Source: Octopus vulgaris (taxonomy: Eukaryota). From it: 64,000 nt of DNA. Location: positions 86,428,001 through 86,492,000 of the forward strand of contig OX597814.1 of NCBI GenBank assembly GCA_951406725.2, written 5' to 3'. Made by a program: the position numbers and the translations under genes. Of the stretch, positions 38,745 to 52,790 are shown piece after piece (position 1 is the first letter of the stretch; every line of letters begins with the position of its first letter). Under the pieces are notes generated by a model. It worked only from the letters and a program-made list of their open reading frames with translations, was not told the DNA's origin and made no database searches.

Positions 38745-41700
38745 TAGTATATCATGAGCAAGCTACAGAAATTTATCCAGATTGAATAACTGAAAATACC
38801 CTAGATTAGTGTTTCTCAAAGTGAACAGTACCACCCCGAGAAGGGTGGTGGAACTAGAAAATATTATATGAATACTGGGAACAAAAAGGGGCAAATCTAT
38901 CCACAAGGCTTAGGTCAGCCCGAGGCTATAGTAAAAGACACTTGCCCAAGGTGCTATGCAGTAGGACTAAACCCAGAACCATGTGATTGTAAAGGAAGCT
39001 TCTTACCACACAGCCAATCCTTTAATCAATTCTAGAAACATTATACTCTTAGAAACCATTGCTAGAAAAAAAACTGCTTTTTTTTTGGATTTCAGGATTT
39101 CAAAACTAAATACTGCAAGGATTTGGTTTCAGACACTATCTTTTGCTTACATCACTAACAATAATCATGTCACAATAAAATTTACCCTACAATTTTTATG
39201 GAAGTTAGTGACTCATTAACCTCCACCTTCTAAAGATATTAGTAAAACCAGCTAATACGTTGAAGTATTGTTCATTCACATCCCATTATTGACACTATGC
39301 TCTATTGTAAGAATAACCTTCACTTGCCCCACTTACATAACAATGTTGTCAAGATAAGACTGAGAAAAACTCAACAGTTGAATAACAAACTAAACAATAA
39401 ATTGGAAAGTAGCTTGGCTCAGTGCTTTTGTAACAAGATCAAACATGTTCACATGAGAAATGGCATAAATTTTATTAACTCTGGTCAGATGGAAGGGAAA
39501 ATTTACTCAAGCAGGATTTGAACTCAGAAAAATCGCTCAGTACCAATTAAACTGGTACTGATATTTTGTTACCGTAGCTGTTGCTTCAACATATTCCAGT
39601 GGTTAATTTTGGGGTTTTTTTTAGATGAATTTAATTTGTAATTTAAGAAAATATACTATATGCCATTTAAAAATCCAAGAGCTTGCATTATCATCAACAT
39701 CATTATTGCATTAACATCCGCTTTTCCCTGATTAAATGGGTTAGATGGAGTTTATTGGGTAGACGTTTTCTATATGGTTGTCCTTCCTGTTGCCAAGCCT
39801 CATTTGTTTCCAAGCAAGGTAATATTTTCCCATGGTCAACCACATTTTCACAGAATATTGGAAATGAGACACTGCTTGTATGACACTCATTTACAATTAT
39901 CATGTGATGTCAAGACAAGGAGACACAAACATACACATTCACACACCTCTATATACACATATGTATATATAAGAAAATGAGATGACAAAGGAATAAACAA
40001 TTATCTTATGAACTTCATTAGCTTAAATCTGTTTCTGCTATAGATGCAGTGGACTCATAGTTGAGTGCTTGAGTAACATCTTATAGCTTTATCAGAGACT
40101 CAAATATGAAATGCAATTTTTTTAATTTTCTTATCACCCTATACTCTTTAACACTTCATTCTGAAACATATGTATATTGAGTTCTCTAATATGCCTAAGC
40201 GAAATATATATATATACGTATGTATTATTTTATTTATATTTAGCAGAACTAACAGAGTGACTCAAGGTCTGAGAGTCACATGCATTGGTACTTATCAAAC
40301 TTTATAAGTTTGACAAGTCCAGTGCACAAAACTCTTGGACTCTGAGTCAATCTGTTACTTCTGCTAAATATTAATAAATAAAAATATACATATATGCATA
40401 TTTTGAGTCCTATTTTTCCTGTTTGCCCGAACATATCTGGATGGATGGATGGATATAGACATCTGTAAGTTTTTGTCTACCAAATCCATTAACAAGGCAT
40501 TGGACAGCACAAGGCAAAGTGCTGTTTAGTGTGATTGACCCAAAACCACTGGTTGGCTAACATAGTTCTTAACACAGCTACATGTTACATATCCTTAGAA
40601 AATTTAGAATTGAATGTAACACGAATGTAGGCAAAGGATCACTGATAAATAGCTATCTTAATGAGTTAATGCTGTAGTGAGAGAAAATTGTTTACATCGT
40701 TTATATCATGTTGAAATATGAAGCTGCCACTCACTACATACAAGTGACTACCAGCATCCTATCCTCAGTACAGAATCATCTGATATAGTCAGTATGGCAT
40801 TATCTTAGAATATTTAGAATTCATCTAAGTAGATAAGCTAAAATAAACTGTTTACTGACCTACTTTGTAAAAGCACTCCAACTTATAGACATAAACAGCT
40901 AAATAAACAGACCTGCTGCAGGCTTGTATTTAAACAAAAACACTGTCAGCCAGTAATTCTTATCCTCTAATGTTTACATAATCTCTACAACCTCTGCATT
41001 CATGTTAATCAACTTCTGTTGTAAATTATGAAAGAAATTATATTAAAATTTCAGTTACTTTATAGCCCTTTAGCATTCAGATTATTCTGGGAAATGTGAT
41101 GCTTCTTTATTCACAATGGTTTTGAATTAATCAAGCATTTTGTAGCTTAAAGATTTCAATAATGTGATTGTGTATTTTTAGAATGACATTGTAGGGTAGG
41201 TGCAGGAGGCCAGGACTGTTCAGTTTGATCATAAAACAGGTAAAATATTTTGGCCAGATATAGCCTATTAAAATGCTAAAGGGTTAAATTTATACTAAAA
41301 CATTGCTTATATTAGAACAAAGCCACAGTTTATCTAAGGAATAAACTCCAATACACAACTGAAATTAACAAGCTAAGAGAGATGTAAGGTAGAAGTAACT
41401 CCAACAAATAAAAGGGACACACAGGGGTAATTAGGGTAACTGAGACATTAGAATGCTAGACTAAATCATTATCATCATCAGTTTAATGTTCAACTTTTCC
41501 ATGCTCATATGGATTGGATGGCTTTTTGTTGAGGAAGGTTTTCTACAGCTGAATGCTCTTACTGTTGCCAACCCTCACCTGTTTCCAAGCAAGGTAATAT
41601 TTTATCATGACCAGACATGCAATGTCAAAGCAAGAAGACAGTAACACACACACACATACACACACATGCATGCATGTAAGTGCATGCACACATACACACA

Positions 41701-43159
41701 CACATATACAATTTAGTTTTGAAAATTCTTAAGAATCAAGGCACATCAACCTGAAGAACTCCAAAATGGCTAGGTACAATCACGTAGAGCTCAGTTAGAT
41801 AAAACAACATTGAAGATTTCAAGTATTGACAAGATACTTTAGATATGCAAGTACAAAATCCAATTTATAATTATAGATCTGACTCACCAGTGGGCCTTTG
41901 ATGTGGCATAGGGATAACAAATTAAACACAAATGGTGTTTAAAATTTACAACAGTTGTTTCGGTAGCATTTAATTTAATGTAGTCATAAAAGATTACATC
42001 ATAATATACAATCCACCATCATCAGGTAAAATTTTAAACATTGACCTGGACATAGCCAACATTTGTTGAGCTAGTAACATATTAAGGTTTACATTCAAAT
42101 TTATAGAAGACTTAGGTGTGGTTTAAAACAGGTAATTATGAAACAAAGATAAGAAATCACATAAATATACAACAGGGAAATCTAATTTCACTTATCTACA
42201 CTAGTTTATAGTTCAACACAGACACTAAGTAATAAGAGCTTTTTATAGACATATTAGATGCCAGGAATTGTAATTAAAAAGTCGTCAAAATCATAGCATA
42301 CTTATTTTAGGTTAGAGGAGACATTCAAGAGAGTTCACCAACCACCAAAACTAAAGTCATCAACTTTCACCCCTTTCATCTAGGACTATAGGTACCACAC
42401 AGTAGAACTGAACCCAAAACCATGTAGTTGGAAAGCACACTTCTTGCCACATAGCCATGCCTGTACCTACTTTATATTATTTTCATTGGTCTTAGATTTG
42501 GCTGCAATTATGCTGAAGTTGACCTGAGTCTTCATGACTTGATTTAACTCAAGTCCCAGAAATAGACTAAGGATCAAGTCATTTACTTATACTTCACCTC
42601 AATAATAACTTGCTAGCCTTATGTGTAAATAGTGGTGGTGGTGGTGGTACTGGTAATGGCAGCAGTAATTACTCCTGTAACCTTATTGACATATTGGAAC
42701 ACCACTGAAAACTCAGTGTTCATGTTGTGATTCATCAGGAGTGGAAACCAATATTAACGAGAATATTAAGAAACCAATATTAACAAAAACATTTTTGTAA
42801 CTGTTTCACTCTGATGTCATGCTTTATTTGATAGATGAATAAATACTTTTCCAATTATTAACAACTTACAAAAAGTGACAAAATTTATGTATATCAAAAA
42901 AAACTGCGAGTTATCCAATTTTAGTAAAAGACATGAAATGGTATCTTATGGTATCTGATGAAATCAACCCTTTAGCATTAAACTGGCCGTATATGGTCCA
43001 AATATTCTATCTGTGTTTTATGTTCAAACTGGCCATATCCAGCCTCTCACACCTACCCTACAATGTCCTTCTAAAAATAAACAAACATTATCAGTATCTC
43101 AAAACTATGAGATAAAGCATGATTAATTCAAAATGTGAATAAATATTTTAAGCATTTCA

Positions 43160-44560
43160 GTGGAGATTCCTGATGGGCCTGGGGCTTTTCCCATCTTCAT
43201 ATCCTCAATTGGGTCAACATTTGGCAGACTCTCCTCCTCCCTCATTCTCCACATTCAACAGTCTTTCATAATGGCATTTCCAAGCCTCTTTCTTTGAAGA
43301 ATCATTACATACAAGTGCACCATCATCCATACGGACACATTTCTCTCCTATGACATCACAATTTTCTCTCACACACTGTCCTGCAATCTGAAACACTTCA
43401 GTTCTTTGGTCTTCATGTCACTGAACATAGGCAAACTTCTTTTCTGCTTCTCCCTTGGCTAGATATACTTGTCTCCTAGCATCCCTTCTGGCAATCTGAT
43501 ACAGTACGCTGCTACCACCATTTTTCCAGGTCTTCCAGGCCTGTTTCTTAACTCCAATGGCCCTGTCCACTGCATCATTCCACCACCACATAACCCTACA
43601 TCTGGATGGGACTTTGCACCAGCCACAGATCTGGTCTGTCAAACTCAGCAAGCTGTCCCTCAATAATTTCCAGTTGCCTTCTATGTCACAAGTCTGTAGC
43701 CCCTCCTCCCTTTCATCGAATTTCTCAATTAGGATGTCCCTAGACCTCTGACCATATGAAGGGCCCTTAAGCTTCCAAATCCTTCTTTTCCAGATTGGTT
43801 TACATCTTGGCATCCTTCTGGCCTGGAGTCTAACATTACTAATAACTAGTCTATGCTGGGGGTACATTGTTCACCAGGGAGGATCTTTGTATTTAGAAGC
43901 AACCATGCATCATGCTATTTGGTGAGAATGTAATCGATCTGGCGAGCACAGACACTTGATTGGTAGGTTATCAGGTGGCTGGCTTCCTGAAGTTTGTGTT
44001 GCAGATCAAAAGGTTATTTGCATCACAGAACTCCATCAGTCTTGTTCCCCATTCATTTCGGGAGCCAAATCCATAGCCCCCATGCACACCATGGAAGATA
44101 CCAGTCTGCCATCTGATATGCCCACTGAAATCCCCAGCCATGAAGAGATCATTGTCAATTGTCTTTGAGGTAGCCTGCAAAAGAATGTCATAAAAGTGGT
44201 CCTTCTTTTCATTTGGTAGGCCCACTTGAGGGGTATAGGCAGAGATAATTGTCGCTATACTGTTCTGTAAAACTAGCCTAAACTTGAGCAACATTCTGGC
44301 TACCTCTATAACTTTATCTACCTACTTCTATGCAAGAAGTATACCCATGCCACCTACCCCCCCCCCCCCCGTCACTGTTACCTTCCCAGAAGATTTTATA
44401 CCCATGTGTCTTGCCTGTAGGGAACTTGGCTGAAGCTCCTCTCCACCTTATGTCTTGGACACAACATACATCAACATGCCTCCATTCGAGCATCTCAACA
44501 ATCTTGCTAGACCTACCTTTCAATGTGCCTACATTGATAGTGCCAACTCTGAAAACTGGG
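43160..44560 (-). mobile_element. RTE-clade LINE relic with APE endonuclease domain
   Basis: Frameshifted ORFs: RVGTINVGTLKGR...DVCCVQDIRWRG, ISAYTPQVG...AGDFSGH, GTRLMEFCDANNLLICNTNF, QHRLV, WWWNDAVDRAI. Confidence 0.9.
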
Positions 44561-47500
44561 AAAGGGATGTCAGAGAGAACATAGGGAGAAGTAATGTTAT
44601 TTAGCACGTGAAAAAGAGGTTTCCGTGTTCGTTTGATAACACGTGTCACATCAGTTGTTCTCTTACACTTAAGCCTACCATCATTCAAACATATTAAAAC
44701 TGTTTCTCCTATTGGGGCAGGGTGAGTGCAATGTAAGCATTGTAAATATAAGGGTTACTTCTGCAAATATAATAGGTCAGTTATTTATGTTGAGTAAATG
44801 AGCTGCTATTGGTTAGTCCATTATGTATAGACAGAAAAAAGTGGGGCAGGGGTTCTGGTACAGAAGTGAGTCAGAGCCCTGTTGGCATTTCTGGTAAAAG
44901 AGATTTCCTGTATTGGTGGTGGGAATGGGTAGGCGCATCCTGAACAAGCAATGGACACACACAAGAGAGAAAGAGAGATGGAAGAGATAGGGAGAAATAG
45001 AGAGATAGTGGTAAGGGACTTGCAGCCTTTAGTGAGGATCACATCAAAGTATGGAAGTGGTCAAAATACACATTAGCATCACATGTAAGCCTGTTAGATA
45101 AGAGAATGATGAGTGATTAAAAGCTAGAGAAATTTCTTAAACTTAGCTGGGCATTTCATGTGGTTATGATGGAATCAACATACAGCAGAGCAGGAATCTG
45201 AGACTTCAGAAGAACAGAAGGTTCTTTATAAATAGTTTACAACCAGAAGTGATCAAGCAATGGCCAGCATCACCTCACATGAGAGAAAGAGAGAGAGAGA
45301 GAGATAGCAATAAAGGGTTTGAGGCCTTTAGCAAGGTGAGGATCATAGCAAAGTATTTATTTATAAATAGCATGGAGAACGGACGTTAAACGATGATGAT
45401 GAAAAACTTTGCTATGATCCTCACCTTGTAAGCTTAAGTAGATTTTCACCAGATATGGAAAGCCAAAATTAAAATTTAAATATCTCCAACATCTTATGAG
45501 ACAAGAACTCATAACGATTTGTACACCTTCAACAACTATGGGGATAAAAACCTTGAAAAATATAAATACCAAAAAATCTTATTTTAATTTTCTTTTTTTT
45601 TTTAATCAGAGAGACATAAAACATATGGAAATTAAGTAACAGCTACCAGAAGTAAGATTAATATAAAACTAACAAATGTATTCAGGATCAAGTTTCATAC
45701 TTTTTAAACCTTTGATTTTCAAGCTGATATTGCAATAATACAGTTTCTGGGAAACGTATATAACAAGTAAAACTTAAAATAATTCTGATACTTCAAAAAT
45801 TAAAAATTAGTGAAATCCTTTCTTTGCAGTATTTTCAAGGTCCCTTCCTCCCATATACATCTATCAATAGCTAATCTTTCAAACTTAATGCTTAACTGCA
45901 CCAGCTTTGAAACACTATTCTCATCTAATACCTAAATCATAAAATCATAACACACAAACCAAAATCCCTACAACAATTGTTTTAATGCTGAAGAACAAAA
46001 TTGAGGACATCTATGTACTGACTTCACAATTTTGTCATATCTGTAACAGCTTGACAGTAAATCAGATCAATATGCCTTGGCTGCCTCACATCTCACACAA
46101 TTCCTAATGAATTATAGAGGATACATAAATTATGGCATACCAAGGATACAGGCTACCCCAATTGATTCATTTGCTACCTTCATACAGGAAATTTGTGATC
46201 TATTCAACATTTAAAATTCAGTTTCCACACCAGGATATCAGCAAAGTATGTTTATCAAGGCTCAAAATGCACTACTAATTTATCCACTTCTTTACACCAG
46301 GCCAATATCAAAATGATTAAATTTTGAGTCACATTGACAAGGTTACTAAAACCTTAAACTTGTCTGCAATAATTATTATTTTAATGATTAAATTAAAATT
46401 AGAAAATATTTATTTAGCTGATAATTTTATTGGTTTCAAAATCATCAATTTTATTGAGTTAATAAAAGCGAATAATTAAGAGAGATGACTGTCAAGAGAT
46501 CTGAATGAATAACAAAGACATATCTGAAAACAATCAATAGCAAATAAATGCTTTTTATGACAGCTATTTGATACAAGTACACAAATCTACAGCCAACAGC
46601 TGTACTAAATTAGTTCCAGATGTTGATGTTTACAGTAAATAATAAACTTAGCAATACAAATTTTACCATGATGGAAAAAACATGCAGCTTGCCAACTACT
46701 CCAAATAAAGTAGTTTCTGTTTAGATGTTGAAAGCTGATATGACCAATAGTCAACTACCTAGATGGAATAATCAATTCTAGAAATAGGTTGATCCATTTC
46801 ATTGCTACTTCCAGAAAGTTTCATGAAATGATCATTTTAAGCATTTAATTAAGAAAAAAAATCTCCACAAAAGTTCTCACTTTATTCATAACATTAATAT
46901 GCATTCTAAACTATAACTCCTATTAAATTTCTGCAGCTGTCACAGAGAATGTTATTAGGAGTACTGTTACTATTGATGTAGGGAAAAGATAAGCCAAGTG
47001 TCAGTTTTATGAGAAACAGGAAAACCAAGGGCAAAGATTGATTAGACTTAAAGAAGAAATCATAAGTACTTCAAGTAGGAAAATTTTAAATATCCATTAG
47101 AGACAATGTTAGTGGCCAAAATAAACTAATCACAAAATCATCTCTTCTGTAACAAACCACTTACATTCATAACTTTGTTTTTTCAGTCTATGAAAGCATA
47201 TTTGGCATTTATAATATATAGATTTCTTATACAGGCAAAAGCTAAATTTGAAAGAAGGAAACAGTTAATTTTATCAACCCATATACTTGGCTAGTACTTA
47301 ATTTCTTTGACCCACAAAAGGCTGAAAAGCAAAACTGACTCAAGATTTCAATTCAGAACATAAAGAGCTGGAACAACTTCACAAAGCCTTTAGCTGATGC
47401 TCAAACAATTCTCCTAATCTACTATCCTTATATTTATAATATACTAATTTTATAAAATATATTGAGCCCTACTGCAAAACTTTTAGGAAACCTACACAAC

Positions 47501-50500
47501 TAGTTCCATAAACCCTAGATGGCAACATGTCAAGAGCTGTAAGCCACGCAACATAATTACCAACCAGTTTAACCCATTAGCATTTAAACCAGCCATATCC
47601 CACCCTAATATTCTGTTTTATGTTCACACTTGGCAGATCTAGCCTCTCACACCTACCCTGCAATGTCATTCTAAAAATAAACAATTACATCTTCAAAATC
47701 TGAAAGCTACAAGATAATACAGGATTAGTTTTTAAAAATTTAAATAAACATTACATTTGACAGAGTAATCTGAATGCTAAAGTGTTAGTCATACTGCACA
47801 TTGTAAAATTTTATATTGCTGACAATATCACCCATACAATAATTCTTTTTTCTGATGTAACTAGCTATAAGGGTAATCAAGAATAGCTCCCCTGCAGTAA
47901 ACAATCAACTTGATCAAACTACAGCAGATGTTTATTGGAAACAGGCCAGAATGGAAATAGTTTTATGTTCTATAGAGCAATCTAAATCAAAAAAAAAATG
48001 AAACCATGTTCATACAGAGCTACTGAAACACCTTTCTTTAATTAAAGTTTTTATCATAGGAGTGTCTGCTATCATTCTCAACACACTCTTGTATCTGCCA
48101 TCATGTCCCACCAACTGTAGACCTACTCCTTATATACCTCTACATTTCCCACCCCACTGCTTGCACATCATTCCCTTACTTTCTAATCTATTCTCCTTCA
48201 TGAGCCACTTCTCTCACCTTACCCCCTCTCAATACTGGTAAATATAAGGTTTTCCTCAAAAATGCTAAGAGTAAAAAGATGTTTTATATGACACATTCTA
48301 CCAGTATCCGAATTTTGAAAGTATTTAGTTACAGAAAATTATTTTTTAAATCTGTCAGTTAAAAGGTAAAGATCCTGAACTTTTACTCTATTTTTCAATC
48401 TTGAAACTTTATTATTTACTACCAAAAGATAGCTAAAGAAAATAAAGAGCCTTTAAATACAACATCACCATTCAATGAAGTTAGCAAGCCAGATGAAATA
48501 AAACCAGTCTAGTTTTCTAATCCCTAAATTAGATTGTTAACAATAGAATTACTAATCTATAAATTTAACCCAAGGGTTAGTAACATAATATTTGTACTAA
48601 TGTATCACCTGTTACTGACTAGTATAATGATACTAGATACTGCAGTATCTGGTTATATTACTGAGACTATTGTAATCTGCCTCTGACAAAACCACGCTTT
48701 CTGTAATCAGCCTAATTACTACTAATACTGCAAAAATCAATGTTCAACAGCCTGCTTTAAAGATTACAAAGGAACTCAATCAATATGATGAAACAGTTTA
48801 CAAAAGCCCAAAATCAGTATCAGTTATGAGCAAGATGAATCTTGCCTAGGGCTAAAATAGCAACTGTTTTATATGCTTCAGGAAAAGTATTCATCCTAAA
48901 TACTTGACTATCTGGGAACATGTTACTGTTCAGCAATATCTATTTCTGAACAGAATCAGATGGACAAATTACTCTCAAATGATAGAAGCAAAACAATATT
49001 GTCAGTATATAGGTTTTGAAAGTTTGATTGTACCTTGAGTTAGAAACCTATGAGGAGGCATATGTGAAAATAACAATACTGGAGCTGAAGCAATAACAAA
49101 GCCTATACTAAATCACTTGACTAAAAATAGAGGCTAAATATCACTTAAATCTCAAAATACCATATTGAACAAAGGTCATATTGGATAGTTGTAGTCCTAG
49201 TTACATGATGCCTAAGAAAGACAAGATGGTCACAGTTGGAACATTTACAATCATAAGCAGTTGACTTGGAGTTGACATCAACAATGCTGGATTCATTTAG
49301 AGCACTGAAATGTCACAAAAATTGTTTTTGACATAATTCATATTCTGATCACATGAAACTGCAAGCAACAAAACACCTACATCTACTTAAATGTTTAACA
49401 GAAAGAAAAGTGTATATCCAACTTTTGTTGAGAGCAAATTAACCACTTGGAACTCATTTCTCTCTAGATTATTGATAATGATGAGAAAATGCTGATAAAA
49501 TGAAATGAAGATATGACTCTCCAAAAGCATACCATTTCGCTATAGTGATATGAAAATACTCATATGCAAATATCCAGGATCAGCTCCCTACATTATTTTT
49601 ATCAACTTTATGACATGTATAATTATACATAAAAGGAAAATACTGGCTGCATTATTCTGTTCACAACCATTTACTTGATAATTACAAACATACAAATAGA
49701 ATGTAATTTTCATGAATATAAATAACATGACACCCACTTAACAGCATCTCATTATTAATCAATGAGAAGTCCTCTAAGAAGCCACTCAGCATGTTAGAAA
49801 TTTCCCTCAAATTACATCCAACTGTTGACACTGGACAATGTAGTCCTACATAAACATACAAGAGATAGTTGAGAATCTAAGTCCTTTGATAATAAGTCTA
49901 TCCAATCAGGGCTGAACCAAGGCCTCAACAAAAACAATCTCATAACCCCTCCAATAAACCTGAACAGAACTCATTAGTAACTTTATACTACTTGATCCAA
50001 TTAGTTTTAAGGTTTATATTCTTATAAAAAGTAGAGTCTGAATCAGAAGTTAGGGAAAGGCAGGGTTACAATATATGCCTTTACTAAATCTAATAACAAA
50101 GTCACAGTTAACACAGAAATTGTCCGATATTTTAAAAACGTTAGACATTTCCTTCAAATAAGTTCCAAAATCAATTGCACTTCTAGGGAGATAAACACAC
50201 CAAATTAGTTTCCCTAATGATCAGCCATAATTGATTGGGAATAATAAAGTACATCAATAACATATTTATTGTCGAATCCAAATAGGAGAGATATTGAGGT
50301 CATTTGAGATGAGATAAGATGAGAAATCATGCATATTTATGACATCTGAAAAACCTATTTAAAGGTTGGTGTCAGAGTGTATGGGCTTGAGGGTATCTCT
50401 TATTATAATTTGGTAATAAAGCAGTCATAAGATGGGTTACATGATAATGATCAATTCTAACTACGTAAAATATATTTTAACTCAGATGAGAGCTGAAATT

Positions 50501-51192
50501 TCATTTTGATATCAGCCATGTGACACCAAGCTTCTAACAAGCATAATTTATACTAATCACTCTAGTCTTAAAACCACATTTTCTAGGGCAAACTACTATA
50601 ATATACTATATTAGATTATAGATAAGCCCTCTCTCATAAATCTATCAATCTGAAAGATAATAGTTTTACTTGAGAACAGATGAATAGATTATATATAACT
50701 TAACCCTTTTGATTCCAACCTGATATTAAACCTGTCCATTGAAATTTTGTGTTCATTTATTTCCCAAATATCAGCTTTATAACAAGGTTATTTTACTAAA
50801 TTCTTCATTACTTTGAAAATTAACATAAATGAAGGCTGTATATTTCTCAACAAAAATATGGTAATAAAAGGATTAAGTCGTTTTTCATTTTAATATCAAT
50901 AACTAAATAAAGATGGCAAATTGGCAGAATCAGTAGCAAGCTGAGCAAAATGCTTATCAGTGTTTTGTCCATCCTTACCTTGAGTTCAAATTCTGCCTAG
51001 GATGACTTTGCTTTTCATCCTTTCAAGGACAATAAAATAAGTACCAGTTGAATACTGAGATCGATTTAATCAACTAACCCCAACCCCTGAAATTGCTGGC
51101 CTTGTGCCAAAATTTGAAACCAATCTCAATAACTAAATGTAATCAGAATTGAAACGTTAAATGAGTGAAAAACAAATTTAAATATAACTAAA

Positions 51193-51556
51193 CTAGCACT
51201 ATGACCCGGCAATGCCGGGTCATAATGCTAGTGCATGCATATACAGCTGCATGCATGCGCACATACAGACGAGTACTGTCCAAATCTCCAACCAATCACA
51301 CACAGCTAGCTGGCATTCAATTGACATATCAAGCTTCGGGCATTTTGATTGGGTTTTGGATAGAAAATTCACAAAAAAGTCACTTCTATTGATTTTTTAA
51401 TGGCTTTGCGGGGTGACTGGGGAAATGTAAAGACGTGCACGACCACCCTTGGACGGTTTTGAATGACCATAGAAAGTGCGAGCTCTTTAACTGGAAAATT
51501 GTGGATTTGTATAAAGGACACACATGCAGACATTTTGCCTTTTATATATAGAGAGA
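51193..51556 (-). mobile_element. Non-autonomous Helitron (second family)
   Basis: On the minus strand: A|TCTCTCTATATATAAAAGG start; terminal hairpin ATGACCCGGC-ATT-GCCGGGTCAT and CTAG|T end. Confidence 0.8.
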
Positions 51557-52039
51557 TGATCTCATAGTCATGGTTTGATTCAAAGATCAATTACTGATTT
51601 CAGAATCAGATTACATAGCCTAGAACAGGATACAAATTTAAATTTGTTGTACATACCAAAAGAGAACAGTTTTATTCAATTCTTATGCTAAACAGGGCCA
51701 AGGATCTTGATTATAGTTGATTTAAGCTACTACAATCTAGTTTTACACAAACTATATGGTCCAATTATAAAAGGATTGTAGTCTCAGTTTTATAGTTCTG
51801 AGCTATATCAAAACATGCTTCAATAGAAATTTCCAGAATATAAACCTGCACAATTTAGTGAATTTAATCTCAAGCACAAGATGATATTGCACAAGCCTGT
51901 TTCAATGTCAGAATCTAATTAATAAGTTTCCAATGACCTGCCCAGTTAAGTGGAAAGTGCTGTTAAATATCTAGGAAGATGAAGTTATTTCCAAATACTT
52001 TAGAAATTACTGACCAAGTAGAAGACATCCTGCAGTAAA

Positions 52040-52790
52040 ATTATAAAATGCCAACCATGCAGATGACAATGCTCTTCTTGAAAGATAATATAAAATTAGA
52101 AGAGAAAATGTTACATGCACTCAAGATTACATCTGCACAAATAGGATTATATGTAAATGCCGGCAAGACTGAATACATGGGCTATAACATAACAGGTGAT
52201 ATCTGAACTCTGAATGGCTCTAATCCGATGATTGATGACTTTACCTACCTGAGAAGTTACATAGCTTCAACAGAAAAGGATGTCCAAGCAAAGATTGCAA
52301 AACCATGGAATACCCAAGACAGACACAGAATTCTCTGGAAGTCTTCTCTTCATGACATGAAGAGGGTTTTTTTCAAAGCAGTCATAGAATCAGTACTTCT
52401 GTATGGCTCTTCAGCATGGATACTGACATGAGACTGGAAAAGAAGCTTAATGGTACATACACAAGAGTGCTTTGTGCAGTTCTCAATCTTTCTTGGTAGC
52501 TACAAAGCAGCAACTGTATGACAGTCTTCTTATCATCACCTCGGTAATCAGAGAATAGAAGACATTATGCAGGACACTGCTGGAGAAGCAAGGATGCAAT
52601 ACCCAGAAATTTCCTTCACTGGAAACCCAAAAACATAGACATACAGGTATCAGCAGACCAAGAAGAGCATATATTGACCAATTTGCAGCATACACTGGTT
52701 GAGGATATGAAGACTGCTATAGAAGATCAGGACATTTGGCATGGAAGAATTGCATTGGTCTGCACAAGTCACCCAATCAGATAATAATAC
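52040..52790 (+). mobile_element. Degenerate RTE-like LINE RT C-terminal region
   Basis: (H)ADD, IGLYVNAGKTEYM, DFTYLRSYIASTEKDVQAKIAK, VIESVLLYGSSAWILT, AGHCWRSK, with stops and frameshifts. Confidence 0.8.

Noticed and set aside
41884-41930. Strong minus-strand donor CTG|GTGAGT in intron 1
   Set aside because: No convincing upstream acceptor, and it appears to lie in old repeat-like sequence.
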